The position numbers and the translations under genes were made by a program. Below, piece after piece: positions 1-10,639 of a stretch of 64,000 bases of DNA; within the stretch, counting starts at the first letter, position 1, and each line of letters opens with the position of its first letter. A model generated the notes under the pieces. It had not been told where the DNA came from and searched no databases. It worked only from the letters and a program-made list of their open reading frames with translations. This stretch comes from an uncultured virus (IMG/VR IMGVR_UViG_3300025417_000022) (Duplodnaviria > Heunggongvirae > Uroviricota > Caudoviricetes), in IMG/VR virus record IMGVR_UViG_3300025417_000022; one strand, 5' to 3'.

Positions 1-486
1 AAAGCTGGTAATTTAGCCTCAAATAAACCAGGTGTTTTAGCACATACAAATACCAAGTATAAGGGTGTAACAAATATGAGATACTGGGTAAATGAGTTAA
101 AAAGTGTTAAGATTCGTGATCTCAAGACATTAAACGAGTTGCGTAATTTCATTAGATATCCAAATGGTACATGGGCAGCTAAACCAGGATCAGATAACTG
201 GGATGATAGAGTAATGAGTATGATTTGGGCTCTGATGATACTCGATGATGAAGTAGTAGAAAAATATTTTGAAGTTACTGAGCGTGATGATAATAATAAA
301 CCATTAAAATTAAGACAACTCGATTATGGGATTAAATATTTCATGAATCCGACCTCCATGTTTACAAACGAGAGACATGGCGATCAAAATTCACACTTAC
401 CAATCCTTATTCAAGGCCCTGATAATCAAAGAGAAGATTTTGACATGATGGATCTTGAACAACAAGGCTGGAAACTTTTATCATAA
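1..486 (+). CDS. terL: Terminase large subunit (T4 gp17-like), C-terminal nuclease part; 5' truncated by the window
   Basis: Frame is open from base 1. WDDRVMS matches the terminal DD motif of gp17 nuclease domains, preceded by TLNELRNF..W.A..G. Lies upstream of tail genes. Confidence 0.85.
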   Translation, partial: KAGNLASNKPGVLAHTNTKYKGVTNMRYWVNELKSVKIRDLKTLNELRNFIRYPNGTWAAKPGSDNWDDRVMSMIWALMILDDEVVEKYFEVTERDDNNKPLKLRQLDYGIKYFMNPTSMFTNERHGDQNSHLPILIQGPDNQREDFDMMDLEQQGWKLLS

Positions 487-489
487 AAA

Positions 490-1116
490 ATGTCTAACGC
501 AGTAACATATCTACAGAGTCCATTTAATAAAGCCAGGAAAGATAAATTTCTGCTTGTATTTGATGTTCCACCTGCTTTAAAAAAAATATCAGCAAAATTT
601 AACCGTGATAATAACACGATTATTCCTGATACAATGCAATTTTCTATTTTTGGCGGTATAACCCCGACAATTGAAATACCGGCTGTGGATACAAGATATT
701 CAGGACAGACATTATCACAATCCAGTCATACACGCTCGGTTTACGAACCAAATACAGTTAGCTTTACAGTAGATAATCGCTTTAATAACTACTGGGTATT
801 ATATACATGGCTTAATCTGCTTAACGATGATAAGGCTGGTGTATATGATAAAAATAATTTAACCGGAAATGCCGTTAATAATAATCCAATAACACCGTTT
901 TACTCAAATTATGAATATCAAACGGATATTTCCATTTTTGCTTTAGATGAATATGAAAAGCGCATAGTTGAATTTGTCTACAAACGCGCTTTCCCAACAG
1001 CACTAGGTGGTATTAGCTACAGCCACAGAGACGAAGGTGAAATTGAAACATCTTTTACATTCAAATACTCACAAATTCTTGTGAATCTTATAACTTCTGA
1101 TATAGAAAATTTCTAA
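490..1116 (+). CDS. Tail completion / sheath stabiliser (T4 gp3-like)
   Basis: YEPNTVSFTVDNRFNNYWVLYTW and DISIFALD..EFVYKRAFPTALGGISY..SFTFKYS match the gp3/tube fold; directly upstream of the sheath gene. Confidence 0.7.
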   Translation: MSNAVTYLQSPFNKARKDKFLLVFDVPPALKKISAKFNRDNNTIIPDTMQFSIFGGITPTIEIPAVDTRYSGQTLSQSSHTRSVYEPNTVSFTVDNRFNNYWVLYTWLNLLNDDKAGVYDKNNLTGNAVNNNPITPFYSNYEYQTDISIFALDEYEKRIVEFVYKRAFPTALGGISYSHRDEGEIETSFTFKYSQILVNLITSDIENF

Positions 1117-1141
1117 ATACCGAAAAGTTATACGCAAGAAA

Positions 1142-1149
1142 TATAAATA
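1142..1149 (+). promoter_or_regulatory. T4-type late promoter TATAAATA, 6 nt before the sheath ATG (representative of at least 18 TAAATA sites)
   Basis: Exact T4 late -10 consensus; the same motif and spacing recur before many structural genes. Confidence 0.8.
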
Positions 1150-1155
1150 CTTTAT

Positions 1156-3759
1156 ATGGCTAATCGAATTATTCAAAGTCCCGGTGTACAGATCAGCGAA
1201 GTAGATCTATCACTAACAGCGGCAGGTTCACCACCAACAACAGTATTTATTCCAGGGTTTGCTCCTAAGGGCCCCGCAGGTGATGTTGTGAGTGTAAGTT
1301 CATTGTCGGAATTTGAACAAATTTACGGTACGCCAACAAATGCAGCTGAGCGTTATTTTTATCACTCTGTAGCTGCCGTTTTCCAATCAAATGCAAACGT
1401 ACAGGTTTACAGAATTCCTTACGGTGCTGGTGCAGGTCTCGGTACATCAACAAATTATAGTGCATTAGTCTATCCAGTTGTTGCATCAACACCATATAAT
1501 CAAGCATACTTTACAACAAATAGTCTTTCAGCACTCAGTACTGTATCAAATTTTGCATACATTGCTGATACGTCAGCTGGAACATCAGGTTTAAGTTCAT
1601 TCGGTGTAACATTCTATTACCCAGCCACTTACACTGCTACACCGACACTTTCAAGTCTATTCAATACTGTAACAACTTCTGTAACAGCACTCGCTGATAC
1701 GACAGTATTACCGCTTTTAACCTCGGTTTCAACAGCAATTAGTAATACACTTTCCTCTGGTGATACATACAATGTTAACCGTAATACCGGTACATATTAC
1801 CTCGGTCAGCCAATTCACTATAAGATTTCAGAAAATCAGTACCTCGCTATTCAAAACGGATCTGGGTTTACTTGGAATCAAGTAGTATCAACATTCAATG
1901 CAAATGTAGCAAATACATCTGCAGCTCCAACACTTGATATTTCAAGCGGTACATCACTCGGTAATATGGGTATGATTGTTCTCAATAAGAGTCAGTCATC
2001 AATTAACTCACGTTTCGAAGGTTTCTATATCGGTGCAATTGATAATACAAATCACAATCCTGCAACACCGTTTAATGATGTTAATCAGGTTCTTTCAGTC
2101 AACAATACATCAACAACAATTGGCTTCGGTCCTTCTGCTGATTATGTACAGATTCCTGATGTAAGACTTAATTTCGCTCTCTCTGCATCACCTACAGGTG
2201 TGACAGGTAGTATCTCCGAAGTACTCGAGAGTATGTCAACATTTGATATCTCTACATTAAATTACAATGACGTTATCTCACTCGGTGTATTCAAGCTACG
2301 TCAATCAGTATTCTCACCTGACACAATCGCACTTGATTATGTTCTTTCTGAGAGTTATGTTGGTTCACTCGATTACTACAGACAAATTAACAGTACAACC
2401 GGTGGTAGACCAGCAAGCTTCTTCTTAGGTGATATTGATAGTGGTTCACCTAATATTCAGATTCTTGTTAACCCTTACATCTCCAATCAGACAAAGGGTA
2501 CTTCATGGTTGAACCTATCCGGTGTACCGAGCAAGAGTGTTAGAATGTTAAATCAATCAAAGATTGCTCCACGTTCTACTGATACAAACGGCTCGTACAT
2601 CTCACGTATGGGCGCACCTCAGCCTGTAATACAGACTTTAGCAAGTACTCTCGGTACAACTAACGCACTTATCGCTCTTGGTGATTACTCAAATCAAGAT
2701 TTAACAACAAAGTTAATTGGCGATGTACCAACAAAGGTTAACTACATGTTACAGCAAATTGCAAACGATGAGGTCTATCCATTATCGGTTGTTACAGAAG
2801 CTGGTCTCGGTACAGTCTATGCTAACGCACAGAACCCTGCTACATCAGGTTACTTTGATGATGGTGTATATTATGGCGCTGTTCAAGCACTAACTGCACA
2901 GAACATCACACAGCAACCACAGGTTGTACAGGATTATCAATCTGTAGCTCAGCAGTTCGTATCATTTGCAACAAATGTTCGTAAGGATCACATTTTCATT
3001 GCTGACCCTCTTACAAACATCTTCATTACCGCTAATAACTCCAAGACATTAGACAACCCAAATAATACGTTCTCTGATGACATTTACTGGCCACTACGCA
3101 ATCAGTTCTCAATTATCAATTCGAGTTACGTTGCTGTATATGGTAATTGTGTAAGAGTTGCAGATGCAGGCTCAAATCGCCAGGTCTGGGTACCGTTCTC
3201 AGGCTTTGCTGCAGCAGCAATGGCTACAACAGATACAAATTCATACCCATGGTTTGCTCCAGCAGGCTTCACACGTGGTATTGTTACAGGTGTAACAGAC
3301 ATCGGTATATATCCGAACCAGAAACAGCGTGATCAAATCTACAACCTCTCAATTAACCCTGTGGTATACTTCCCGAACGAAGGTTTCATCATCTTCGGTC
3401 AGAGAACAATGCTCAAGCAGCCTAGTGCCTTCGATCGCATTAATGTTCGCAGATTGTTCTTATACCTCGAGACAAGAACCAAGCAGACAGCACAGTTCTA
3501 CGTATTTGAGCCTAACTCGCTCTTTACAAGAACTCAAGTCAAGAACGTTCTTACACCAATTTTTGAACTCGCTAAGAATACCCAAGGCTTGTACGATTAC
3601 CTCATCGTCTGCGATGAACGTAACAATACACCTTCAGTAATCGATGACAACAGTCTAGTGGTAGACATCTACCTCAAGCCTGTAAGATCAGCTGAATTCA
3701 TCCTTGTGAACTTCTACGCAACAAGAACTGATGCTAACTTCTCAGAAATCGTAGCGTAA
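1156..3759 (+). CDS. gp18: Tail sheath protein (gp18-like), 867 aa
   Basis: N-terminal SPGVQISEVDLS; C-terminal PWFAPAGFTRG, FDRINVRRLF, VCDERNNT, DIYLKPVRSAEFI. Confidence 0.97.
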   Translation: MANRIIQSPGVQISEVDLSLTAAGSPPTTVFIPGFAPKGPAGDVVSVSSLSEFEQIYGTPTNAAERYFYHSVAAVFQSNANVQVYRIPYGAGAGLGTSTNYSALVYPVVASTPYNQAYFTTNSLSALSTVSNFAYIADTSAGTSGLSSFGVTFYYPATYTATPTLSSLFNTVTTSVTALADTTVLPLLTSVSTAISNTLSSGDTYNVNRNTGTYYLGQPIHYKISENQYLAIQNGSGFTWNQVVSTFNANVANTSAAPTLDISSGTSLGNMGMIVLNKSQSSINSRFEGFYIGAIDNTNHNPATPFNDVNQVLSVNNTSTTIGFGPSADYVQIPDVRLNFALSASPTGVTGSISEVLESMSTFDISTLNYNDVISLGVFKLRQSVFSPDTIALDYVLSESYVGSLDYYRQINSTTGGRPASFFLGDIDSGSPNIQILVNPYISNQTKGTSWLNLSGVPSKSVRMLNQSKIAPRSTDTNGSYISRMGAPQPVIQTLASTLGTTNALIALGDYSNQDLTTKLIGDVPTKVNYMLQQIANDEVYPLSVVTEAGLGTVYANAQNPATSGYFDDGVYYGAVQALTAQNITQQPQVVQDYQSVAQQFVSFATNVRKDHIFIADPLTNIFITANNSKTLDNPNNTFSDDIYWPLRNQFSIINSSYVAVYGNCVRVADAGSNRQVWVPFSGFAAAAMATTDTNSYPWFAPAGFTRGIVTGVTDIGIYPNQKQRDQIYNLSINPVVYFPNEGFIIFGQRTMLKQPSAFDRINVRRLFLYLETRTKQTAQFYVFEPNSLFTRTQVKNVLTPIFELAKNTQGLYDYLIVCDERNNTPSVIDDNSLVVDIYLKPVRSAEFILVNFYATRTDANFSEIVA

Positions 3760-3785
3760 TTTGAACACAAACATTAAATAATTTT

Positions 3786-4349
3786 ATGGCAGATGTAAAT
3801 CAACTAATTCAAGACTTCTACACAGCAGCGCAGAGCCGCAACTTTGCGCGTGACTTTAACTTCCGCGTGCTGAATATTACAGCACCTGGTGTGCTAAATG
3901 CAGCTGGTCAACCGCTAACATTTGATAGCAATGACTTAGTATACGTCAAAACAGCAACACTTCCAGAAAGAGCGATTACTAACGTCCCTGTCCCGTACAT
4001 GGGTCTTAATTTCAATCTACCTGGTAATGCAACATATCCAAATAGTGAAGCTTATACATTGACATTCTACGCTGATGCACAGTCACAGATCCGTCAGAAG
4101 TTTGAAGATTGGTCAAGATACGTATTTAATGATCAGAATAGTACAGGTTATTACCTCGCTCCTGGACCAACATCAACAATTGATCTTATCCAGCTTGATA
4201 ATAACATGAATAAAGTTGCTCAGTATAGCTTGATCGGTGTTTCACCTCGTTCAGTCGGTGCTCTTAACTATAATATCGCCGGTGGTAATGGTGAGACAGT
4301 AGAGTTCACAGCAACAATTTCTTATCACTACTTCGTAAGAACAGTCTAA
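3786..4349 (+). CDS. gp19: Tail tube protein (gp19-like)
   Basis: Follows the sheath; VKTATLP..VPYMG..PGNATY..LTFYAD..IRQKFEDW..EFTATISYHYF. Confidence 0.9.
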   Translation: MADVNQLIQDFYTAAQSRNFARDFNFRVLNITAPGVLNAAGQPLTFDSNDLVYVKTATLPERAITNVPVPYMGLNFNLPGNATYPNSEAYTLTFYADAQSQIRQKFEDWSRYVFNDQNSTGYYLAPGPTSTIDLIQLDNNMNKVAQYSLIGVSPRSVGALNYNIAGGNGETVEFTATISYHYFVRTV

Positions 4350-4376
4350 AGCGTAATTCCTTAATTAAATAATTAA

Positions 4377-5285
4377 GTGAATGATCCGTTTAATGACTTA
4401 TTAAGCAATATAGGTGGGTTATTTGATGGTACTAACCCACCATTTGCTCCTCAAATATCTCAGTTAGTTGGATTAAACATCCCTGGTAAGCCATTAATTA
4501 GTGCGCGTGATTATTTTCTTGCGCAGATGGATTCATGGTTAACAACCATACCCATGACAACACAATGGGTTGTTGTTGTTCAAAGATATCCAAAAGCTCT
4601 CACATCTTCAATCATTCAAAGCCTAGAGCGAACAGATGCAAGTAAGCATGGTTGGGATATTACTGCAGCTGTAAACATACTTGCGTCATATCCCTTTCAA
4701 AGTGTTGTAGGATGTCTTTTTGCTCATGAAGTTACTATACCTTCAGAACAATACGATGTTGTATCAGCAGCTATACCAAATAATAGAGGCTTCTTACCGG
4801 GCATTTTAGCTGGTAATCGCTCTACAGAGCCTCCAACACTAGCAATAACCTTTAAAGATACAAATACATCGTTTATTGACTCTGTAATTAGACCTTGGGT
4901 TATACTTACATCTCACTTCGGTCTTGTAACACGACCAGGTGATTCAGCAACACTACTAGGTAATACATTTGATGACAAAAACGTCAAAACAAATATCATG
5001 ATATTGCAGTACACGAGATCACTTCAAAACATATCCATGATTCCTCGTAAAATATGGCAGTTCTACAATTGCGCTCCCTTTAACGTAAGTGAGCAGACAT
5101 TAGAATATTCGGAAGAAAAATTACCTACAGTACAAACAAGATGGTCCTATAGTAACTATACTGTATCAGATAGTTTATACTTACCTCTTGGTAGTCTTAT
5201 ACAAAACATTTCACACTACGGCTGGCCATCAGTTACAGCAGGTAGCGGTACATTCGGTCCTCCATACAGTCCTATTGGTGGATAA
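4377..5285 (+). CDS. Tube-fold baseplate protein (gp54-like tube initiator)
   Basis: Tube-like motifs (EVTIPSE, LAITFKDTN, WQFYNCAP, RWSYSNY) and position; GTG start preceded by TAAATA. Confidence 0.55.
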   Translation: MNDPFNDLLSNIGGLFDGTNPPFAPQISQLVGLNIPGKPLISARDYFLAQMDSWLTTIPMTTQWVVVVQRYPKALTSSIIQSLERTDASKHGWDITAAVNILASYPFQSVVGCLFAHEVTIPSEQYDVVSAAIPNNRGFLPGILAGNRSTEPPTLAITFKDTNTSFIDSVIRPWVILTSHFGLVTRPGDSATLLGNTFDDKNVKTNIMILQYTRSLQNISMIPRKIWQFYNCAPFNVSEQTLEYSEEKLPTVQTRWSYSNYTVSDSLYLPLGSLIQNISHYGWPSVTAGSGTFGPPYSPIGG

Positions 5286-5312
5286 TATATCAAATAGACT
5301 GTAAGTAAAAGA

Positions 5313-6185
5313 GTGAATTTATTTACCTACACAGCATTCTTACCCTCTCTTAAGAAGAGTGTCAGGCTAAAGGAATTACCATTTAGTGAGTTTAAGCAAC
5401 TCTGTAAACTCATTGCTAATAAAAACGATCAACATATTACTGATGCGTTTGATAATTTAGTAAATGAGTTATGTCTTGATGATTTAACGGATATAACGTT
5501 TTTGGACAAGCTTATAATATTGTTGACAGTAAGAGCTATGTGTATAAAGACACAGCTTGAACTTACAATAAAGCACCCGGAAACCGATAAGCCATACAAT
5601 TTAACATTTAAGATCTATGATATTATTGAAAAGATAGATAGTGCCGACATGTTTAACAAATACGGTAGAAAGGAAGTACAATACAATAATATCAAAATTG
5701 TATATGGTATACCTTCACAATTCTATTTTAAAACCGAAAGTGAAAAAATAAGCTCACTTATTAAGCATATATACATTAACGGTGTTGATTGTGTTGACAA
5801 TATTGATCAAATTATCGATCGACTACCGGCAATAGTTTATAAAGACGCAAAAGAGCATTTACAGAATATACAAGATGAGATAAGCAAGCTCTCCTTATTA
5901 TCTGTTCAATTTAATAACATAGAAGAGAAAATAGAAATAACACCGAATTTGTTTAATAAGTCTACTCTTGACTTTTTAAAATTATGTTATGAAAGAGATC
6001 TTATTTCCTTATATGAGATGGAATACATCTTATGTACCAGGATAGAGCTGCCTGTAGAGATAGTACGCTCTTCGACATTATCTGAATTACAGTTGTATAT
6101 TAACATCTATGAAGAAGAGCAAGCAGCACGAAGTAGATCGGAACAAAAAGCACCTAGCTCTAATCCGCTTGCCGGTCCGAGATAA
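5313..6185 (+). CDS. Baseplate hub assembly protein (gp26/gp51-like)
   Basis: LPSLKKSVRLKEL and DKLIILLTVRAMC resemble gp26 LPS..K....R and D...L...IRA.S; located before the tape measure. Confidence 0.55.
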   Translation: MNLFTYTAFLPSLKKSVRLKELPFSEFKQLCKLIANKNDQHITDAFDNLVNELCLDDLTDITFLDKLIILLTVRAMCIKTQLELTIKHPETDKPYNLTFKIYDIIEKIDSADMFNKYGRKEVQYNNIKIVYGIPSQFYFKTESEKISSLIKHIYINGVDCVDNIDQIIDRLPAIVYKDAKEHLQNIQDEISKLSLLSVQFNNIEEKIEITPNLFNKSTLDFLKLCYERDLISLYEMEYILCTRIELPVEIVRSSTLSELQLYINIYEEEQAARSRSEQKAPSSNPLAGPR

Positions 6186-6202
6186 TATGCATATATATTA
6201 GT

Positions 6203-6958
6203 ATGAGTAGTAATATTGCAGATATTCTTAAACAGCTTGATACAATTAGTGCAGAGAATGGTATAGATGTATATCTGCCTTCACAGAAGCGTTCAGTAAA
6301 ATTTCGTCCTTTAAATCTCAAACAGCAGAAAAGTCTTCTTTCATCATCTATTGATGAGAGTCTTACAAAGTTGTCTTTTAACTCTACCTTTTATAACATT
6401 ATAAAAGAAAATATTCTCGATACAGTAAATCCTGATCTACTACTCACAATTGACCGCAGTGCTATAGCCCTAACGCTACGATCAAACTCATTAGATAGTA
6501 AGATAACAGTCAACGATAAGCAGATCGATTTAAACAAGGTAATTACCAATATTCCCCTTGTACCGCTTGATACATACCCATTAAATGCAATTGCAGACGA
6601 TGGTACCGTTGTCGTTAAGCTATCCGCTCCAACCCTCGGTAGCGATAACGAACTGAATAAATTTGCTTTAAGTAAGCAAGGTCAAAATACAGATTTTAAA
6701 ACCGTTATCGGTGAACTCTTTGTTTATGAATTAACAAAATTTATTCAATCGGTTACAATTAAGGGTACAGAGAGCGACACAGTAATTGACTTCTACTCCC
6801 TTAAAACAGCTGATAAAATAGCTATAGCTGAAAAGCTTACATCAACAGCCACTAATAAGATTCTAGATTTTATTAAGAGTTATAGAGCACTAGAAGCACT
6901 CTATACTAAGGTTGATGACGAAAGCATTGATATTGATGGGTCATTTTTTACTGTCTAA
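6203..6958 (+). CDS. Baseplate hub assembly protein (gp26-like)
   Basis: LPSQKRSVKFRPLNLKQQK, DRSAIALTLRSNS and C-terminal SFF, typical of gp26. Confidence 0.65.
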   Translation: MSSNIADILKQLDTISAENGIDVYLPSQKRSVKFRPLNLKQQKSLLSSSIDESLTKLSFNSTFYNIIKENILDTVNPDLLLTIDRSAIALTLRSNSLDSKITVNDKQIDLNKVITNIPLVPLDTYPLNAIADDGTVVVKLSAPTLGSDNELNKFALSKQGQNTDFKTVIGELFVYELTKFIQSVTIKGTESDTVIDFYSLKTADKIAIAEKLTSTATNKILDFIKSYRALEALYTKVDDESIDIDGSFFTV

Positions 6959-6986
6959 GATATTGTCATATTGATAAATATCTTTA

Positions 6987-9308
6987 ATGGATGGTATAAC
7001 CCTAGATCAATTTAATGCTGCATTCGGTGATTTAAACCGCTATTGTGAACAGCAGAGCGGTATTCTAGCCAAGATTGAAGGTGTTTTATCCGAAAAGCTT
7101 ACTAAAGCTACAGACAGTATATCTTTAATTAAAAAGGATCTTGAAACTTTAGTAAAACTAAATTCAGCCTCTCTTCAGACACAAGCTGAAAGTCAAGATA
7201 ATTTAAGTCAATCACTTGACGCTCTTACCCGTGAACAACAAAGACAATCACGTGTAAATCAGCAATTAAATAAAACAATTTTTCAAAGCTTTAGAGCTCT
7301 TTCATCTTCATTTTTAACAAAAGATGGTATGCAGGCTGTAGATAAGAAAAGACCTGCTATAGACGATAGAGGTATAAATCTCGAACCCATTGCAACAAAC
7401 GAAAAGAAGCAACTCAAAGCATCGGTAGATACAAATACAAAAATTGGCGCGTTATTAAAAGAAATTCAAGAACAACGTAAAGATAACGAATCAAAAAACA
7501 AGGGCGGTCTTATGGGATTCCTAGCACCTCTATTAACACTAGTAGGTGGCTTTGCTGTTCTCTCTTATGCAGCAATGAAATTTGGCCCTACAAGAAGATT
7601 GCTTGAAGGTATTCAGAAAAACGGTATTGCTGCAACGCTTAAAGGCATGATCGGAAAATTTGCAGGTAAGCAAAAAGATATAACAACGTGGTTACGTGGC
7701 TTACCTCTTATAGGTAGATTTTTTGATATCTATGATGCTTTTACATCATTTGCTAAAGGTGATTGGAAAACAGGGTTAAAATATCTTGCTTTTGCTGTAC
7801 CTTTCGGTGAAGACATTATTCAAATTTTAGGCGGCACAACAAAGCAGCAATTCTTAGAAGAAGGTGGAGGTAAAAAGTTTATACAGGGGTTCAATCTTAA
7901 CGATATATGGACCCGTCTAAAGACTTCTTTTACCGACGCATTCAATAATTTGTTTACACCTATCGTCGATAAATATCATCATATTCAAGAAGTGTTTGGA
8001 TACCTACAAGGTGGTACATTAGATAGTATGACAAAGGGGTGGGTAGCGCTAGGCGATTATTTTCCTGCACTTAAACCAGTCGCAAAATTTATAAGTGATA
8101 TAATTCAGCACGGTGTATTTGAATCTGACATCGGTAAAGATGTTGCAAGTAAAATGGCCACAGAGGGGAAGCCGGTTGTATTCGGTGATATTGTAAAAGA
8201 CGCTCTAGGAAAAGTATATGAGGGTATTTCGAAATTCTTTCACACGACACTAAACGTGTTTATGAAAGCAGGTGATATACTCAACGCAATCGGTGATCTT
8301 TTTAGCGGCGATTACTCAAAGCAATCTGCCGCACTTAATAAAATTGAGGACTATGCACCTGGGGTTGCTGGTACTCTGCGCGCAGCTATGAATTTTATGG
8401 CACGGTTTGAAGCTGCAGGTATTACAGCTGATACTGATCCTATCGTAGCGTACACGAAGCTCAAGTGGAAAGGAGGAGCTTCAACACATAAATTTGACGC
8501 TGATGTAACAACTAAAAAAGAACTTCTTGATAAGCAAGAGCAACTTAAAACAATGCCTGCAGGTGAAGAAAAAGAAAAAGTCAAGCGTGATATTCTTGTT
8601 CGTCAAAGTCAGGTAAATACTGGGGATCTTACAGATCTATTAAAACAGAAGCAAGCCGTTGTTGAAGATAAACTCAACCACGTTGAGTGGGCAGAAGACA
8701 GACATAAAAAATTAGCTATAGGGCTCATGTCAGCGGAAGATATGGAAGGAGAAAAGCGATTTATCGCGGGCGCCCACTCGGATTACGAAGACGCCGTACA
8801 GGAAGTTGAAAACATTAAAAAACAAATCGAAAAAAGCAAGGAACGCATAACAACTCTACGTGCAAAAGGTACAAATGAATTTTACACAGATACATCAGAT
8901 ACACTAGGCAAAAAAGTAGAACAGAGAGATAATAGTAGCTTATTCGATCAAACTGATGCAAATACGACAGCTTTAAAGAATTACTTCGCAAAAGGTATGT
9001 CTGAAGCTGCAAAACAATATTCTATAACCCCGACTCCTAACACTCTGACACCTGGAGGTCTGGTACCGACACCGGTACAATCAGATCAGCTCGATGTAAT
9101 GGCAAATAAGCTTGATTTACTAGTAAAATTAATGGATAAAAATAATCAGCTAACCGCTGATAGTGCTGATGATATTACCGAGCATTTAAAAAATATGCCA
9201 CTAACACCGTCCGTTAATAATTTTAATAGTATAAACAACGGTGGTGTAATGCCTCCTTATGTCCCACCAGGTTTATTAGGTAAAGCACCAACAAGAGTAG
9301 GGTTTTAA
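6987..9308 (+). CDS. Tape measure / hub protein (gp29-like)
   Basis: Long helical and coiled-coil protein with Gly/Ala-rich amphipathic segments, between hub chaperone and baseplate genes. Confidence 0.65.
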   Translation: MDGITLDQFNAAFGDLNRYCEQQSGILAKIEGVLSEKLTKATDSISLIKKDLETLVKLNSASLQTQAESQDNLSQSLDALTREQQRQSRVNQQLNKTIFQSFRALSSSFLTKDGMQAVDKKRPAIDDRGINLEPIATNEKKQLKASVDTNTKIGALLKEIQEQRKDNESKNKGGLMGFLAPLLTLVGGFAVLSYAAMKFGPTRRLLEGIQKNGIAATLKGMIGKFAGKQKDITTWLRGLPLIGRFFDIYDAFTSFAKGDWKTGLKYLAFAVPFGEDIIQILGGTTKQQFLEEGGGKKFIQGFNLNDIWTRLKTSFTDAFNNLFTPIVDKYHHIQEVFGYLQGGTLDSMTKGWVALGDYFPALKPVAKFISDIIQHGVFESDIGKDVASKMATEGKPVVFGDIVKDALGKVYEGISKFFHTTLNVFMKAGDILNAIGDLFSGDYSKQSAALNKIEDYAPGVAGTLRAAMNFMARFEAAGITADTDPIVAYTKLKWKGGASTHKFDADVTTKKELLDKQEQLKTMPAGEEKEKVKRDILVRQSQVNTGDLTDLLKQKQAVVEDKLNHVEWAEDRHKKLAIGLMSAEDMEGEKRFIAGAHSDYEDAVQEVENIKKQIEKSKERITTLRAKGTNEFYTDTSDTLGKKVEQRDNSSLFDQTDANTTALKNYFAKGMSEAAKQYSITPTPNTLTPGGLVPTPVQSDQLDVMANKLDLLVKLMDKNNQLTADSADDITEHLKNMPLTPSVNNFNSINNGGVMPPYVPPGLLGKAPTRVGF

Positions 9309-9338
9309 TGATATAAAAAAATATCAATAAATATTATT

Positions 9339-10631
9339 ATGCTCTGGCAGATTAACAACACACAGGCACCGGTAAAAGCAAAGCCCGGTGTTACTATACA
9401 ACTACCTGTTCTGCAAGGTATACCTACCGGTAGTAATGCATCAAAGCAAGGTGTAGCTGCCGCAGTAGGGCAATCTGCAGGAGGAATGGCTACGACAACT
9501 GTTGTTAATGTAGCTAACGATTTTTATTGGACTTATTCACCGAAATCTTCACGTATTGAAGTGCCGGTTATATATCTAAAAGAAAAACAATTACAAGTAA
9601 ATGCACTTGTTAGTCAATTAAAGTATACATTAGGAATTGTTGGAGGTGTAACCGGTACTGCAGCGACATCCCTCGCTAATGGTGTTACTAGCGTACTCAA
9701 TAGTGCAGCAGCTGCTGCACCACAATATAAGAACGTTTTTAATGATATGGCATCCGGTGCACAGCAAGTTGCTGGTCAAGCAGGTAACGTCACAACGACA
9801 GCTGCTAATTATGTATCGTCTTTACTCAATCTACCTGACGATCAAAATACAACTGTTTCTAATAGTACATGGTTACAGCCGTATAACGGGCTTTATGTAA
9901 CAAGACCGACAGGGTGGGAATATATTTTTCCGTATTTTGACGATAAGTTTGAAGCTCACGGTAATTCGTTTTCTGCAGAAGCGTCAAACGCCGGTGCATT
10001 AGGCGGTTTAGTACAAATAGCAGCTAATGCAGTAACAGAATTTGCTACTATTGCTGGCACGCTAGCAAGTCCATATAAAGTTACATACATTGAACATGCT
10101 AAATTTTATAATTATCCAACCGATGGTGAGGATATTAGTTTTTCTTTTCCTCTAATTAATACAGGTAGTGTTGATTATTCCGATGTTGTCAATAATTGGC
10201 AATTACTCTTCTTGTTACTTTATAACAATAAACCTGGTAGAATTAGCCCTACAACTTTAGATCAACCTGTAATATACGAGGTAGAAATTCCAGGTACAAG
10301 ATTCTTTCCATACTGCTATATCTCTTCTATAGATATTAAATTCCAAGGTGCTAGACGTGAATTACAAATACAGATACCATCGACATCACAGGCTGTAGCA
10401 ACAACAGCTGCCGGTGCTGCTACCTCAGTTACAACTAAAACATCGTTAAAAACAATTACAACTATAGTACCCGACGCTTACTACGTCACAATAACATTAA
10501 AGAGTATGTTGGCCAATTCTAAGAACTTCATGTATCATATGATTGATAACGGCTCTTTAACTGTAGCAGGTACATTACCTAGTGGACCAAGCGGAACAGC
10601 GACACCTGGCGGATCTGTAGCTACCTCATAA
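9339..10631 (+). CDS. Baseplate tail-tube cap (gp48-like)
   Basis: FSFPLIN..PVIYEVEIPG..PYCYISSIDIKF..VTITLKS tube-junction motifs; synteny. Confidence 0.55.
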   Translation: MLWQINNTQAPVKAKPGVTIQLPVLQGIPTGSNASKQGVAAAVGQSAGGMATTTVVNVANDFYWTYSPKSSRIEVPVIYLKEKQLQVNALVSQLKYTLGIVGGVTGTAATSLANGVTSVLNSAAAAAPQYKNVFNDMASGAQQVAGQAGNVTTTAANYVSSLLNLPDDQNTTVSNSTWLQPYNGLYVTRPTGWEYIFPYFDDKFEAHGNSFSAEASNAGALGGLVQIAANAVTEFATIAGTLASPYKVTYIEHAKFYNYPTDGEDISFSFPLINTGSVDYSDVVNNWQLLFLLLYNNKPGRISPTTLDQPVIYEVEIPGTRFFPYCYISSIDIKFQGARRELQIQIPSTSQAVATTAAGAATSVTTKTSLKTITTIVPDAYYVTITLKSMLANSKNFMYHMIDNGSLTVAGTLPSGPSGTATPGGSVATS

Positions 10632-10639
10632 ATATTTCT

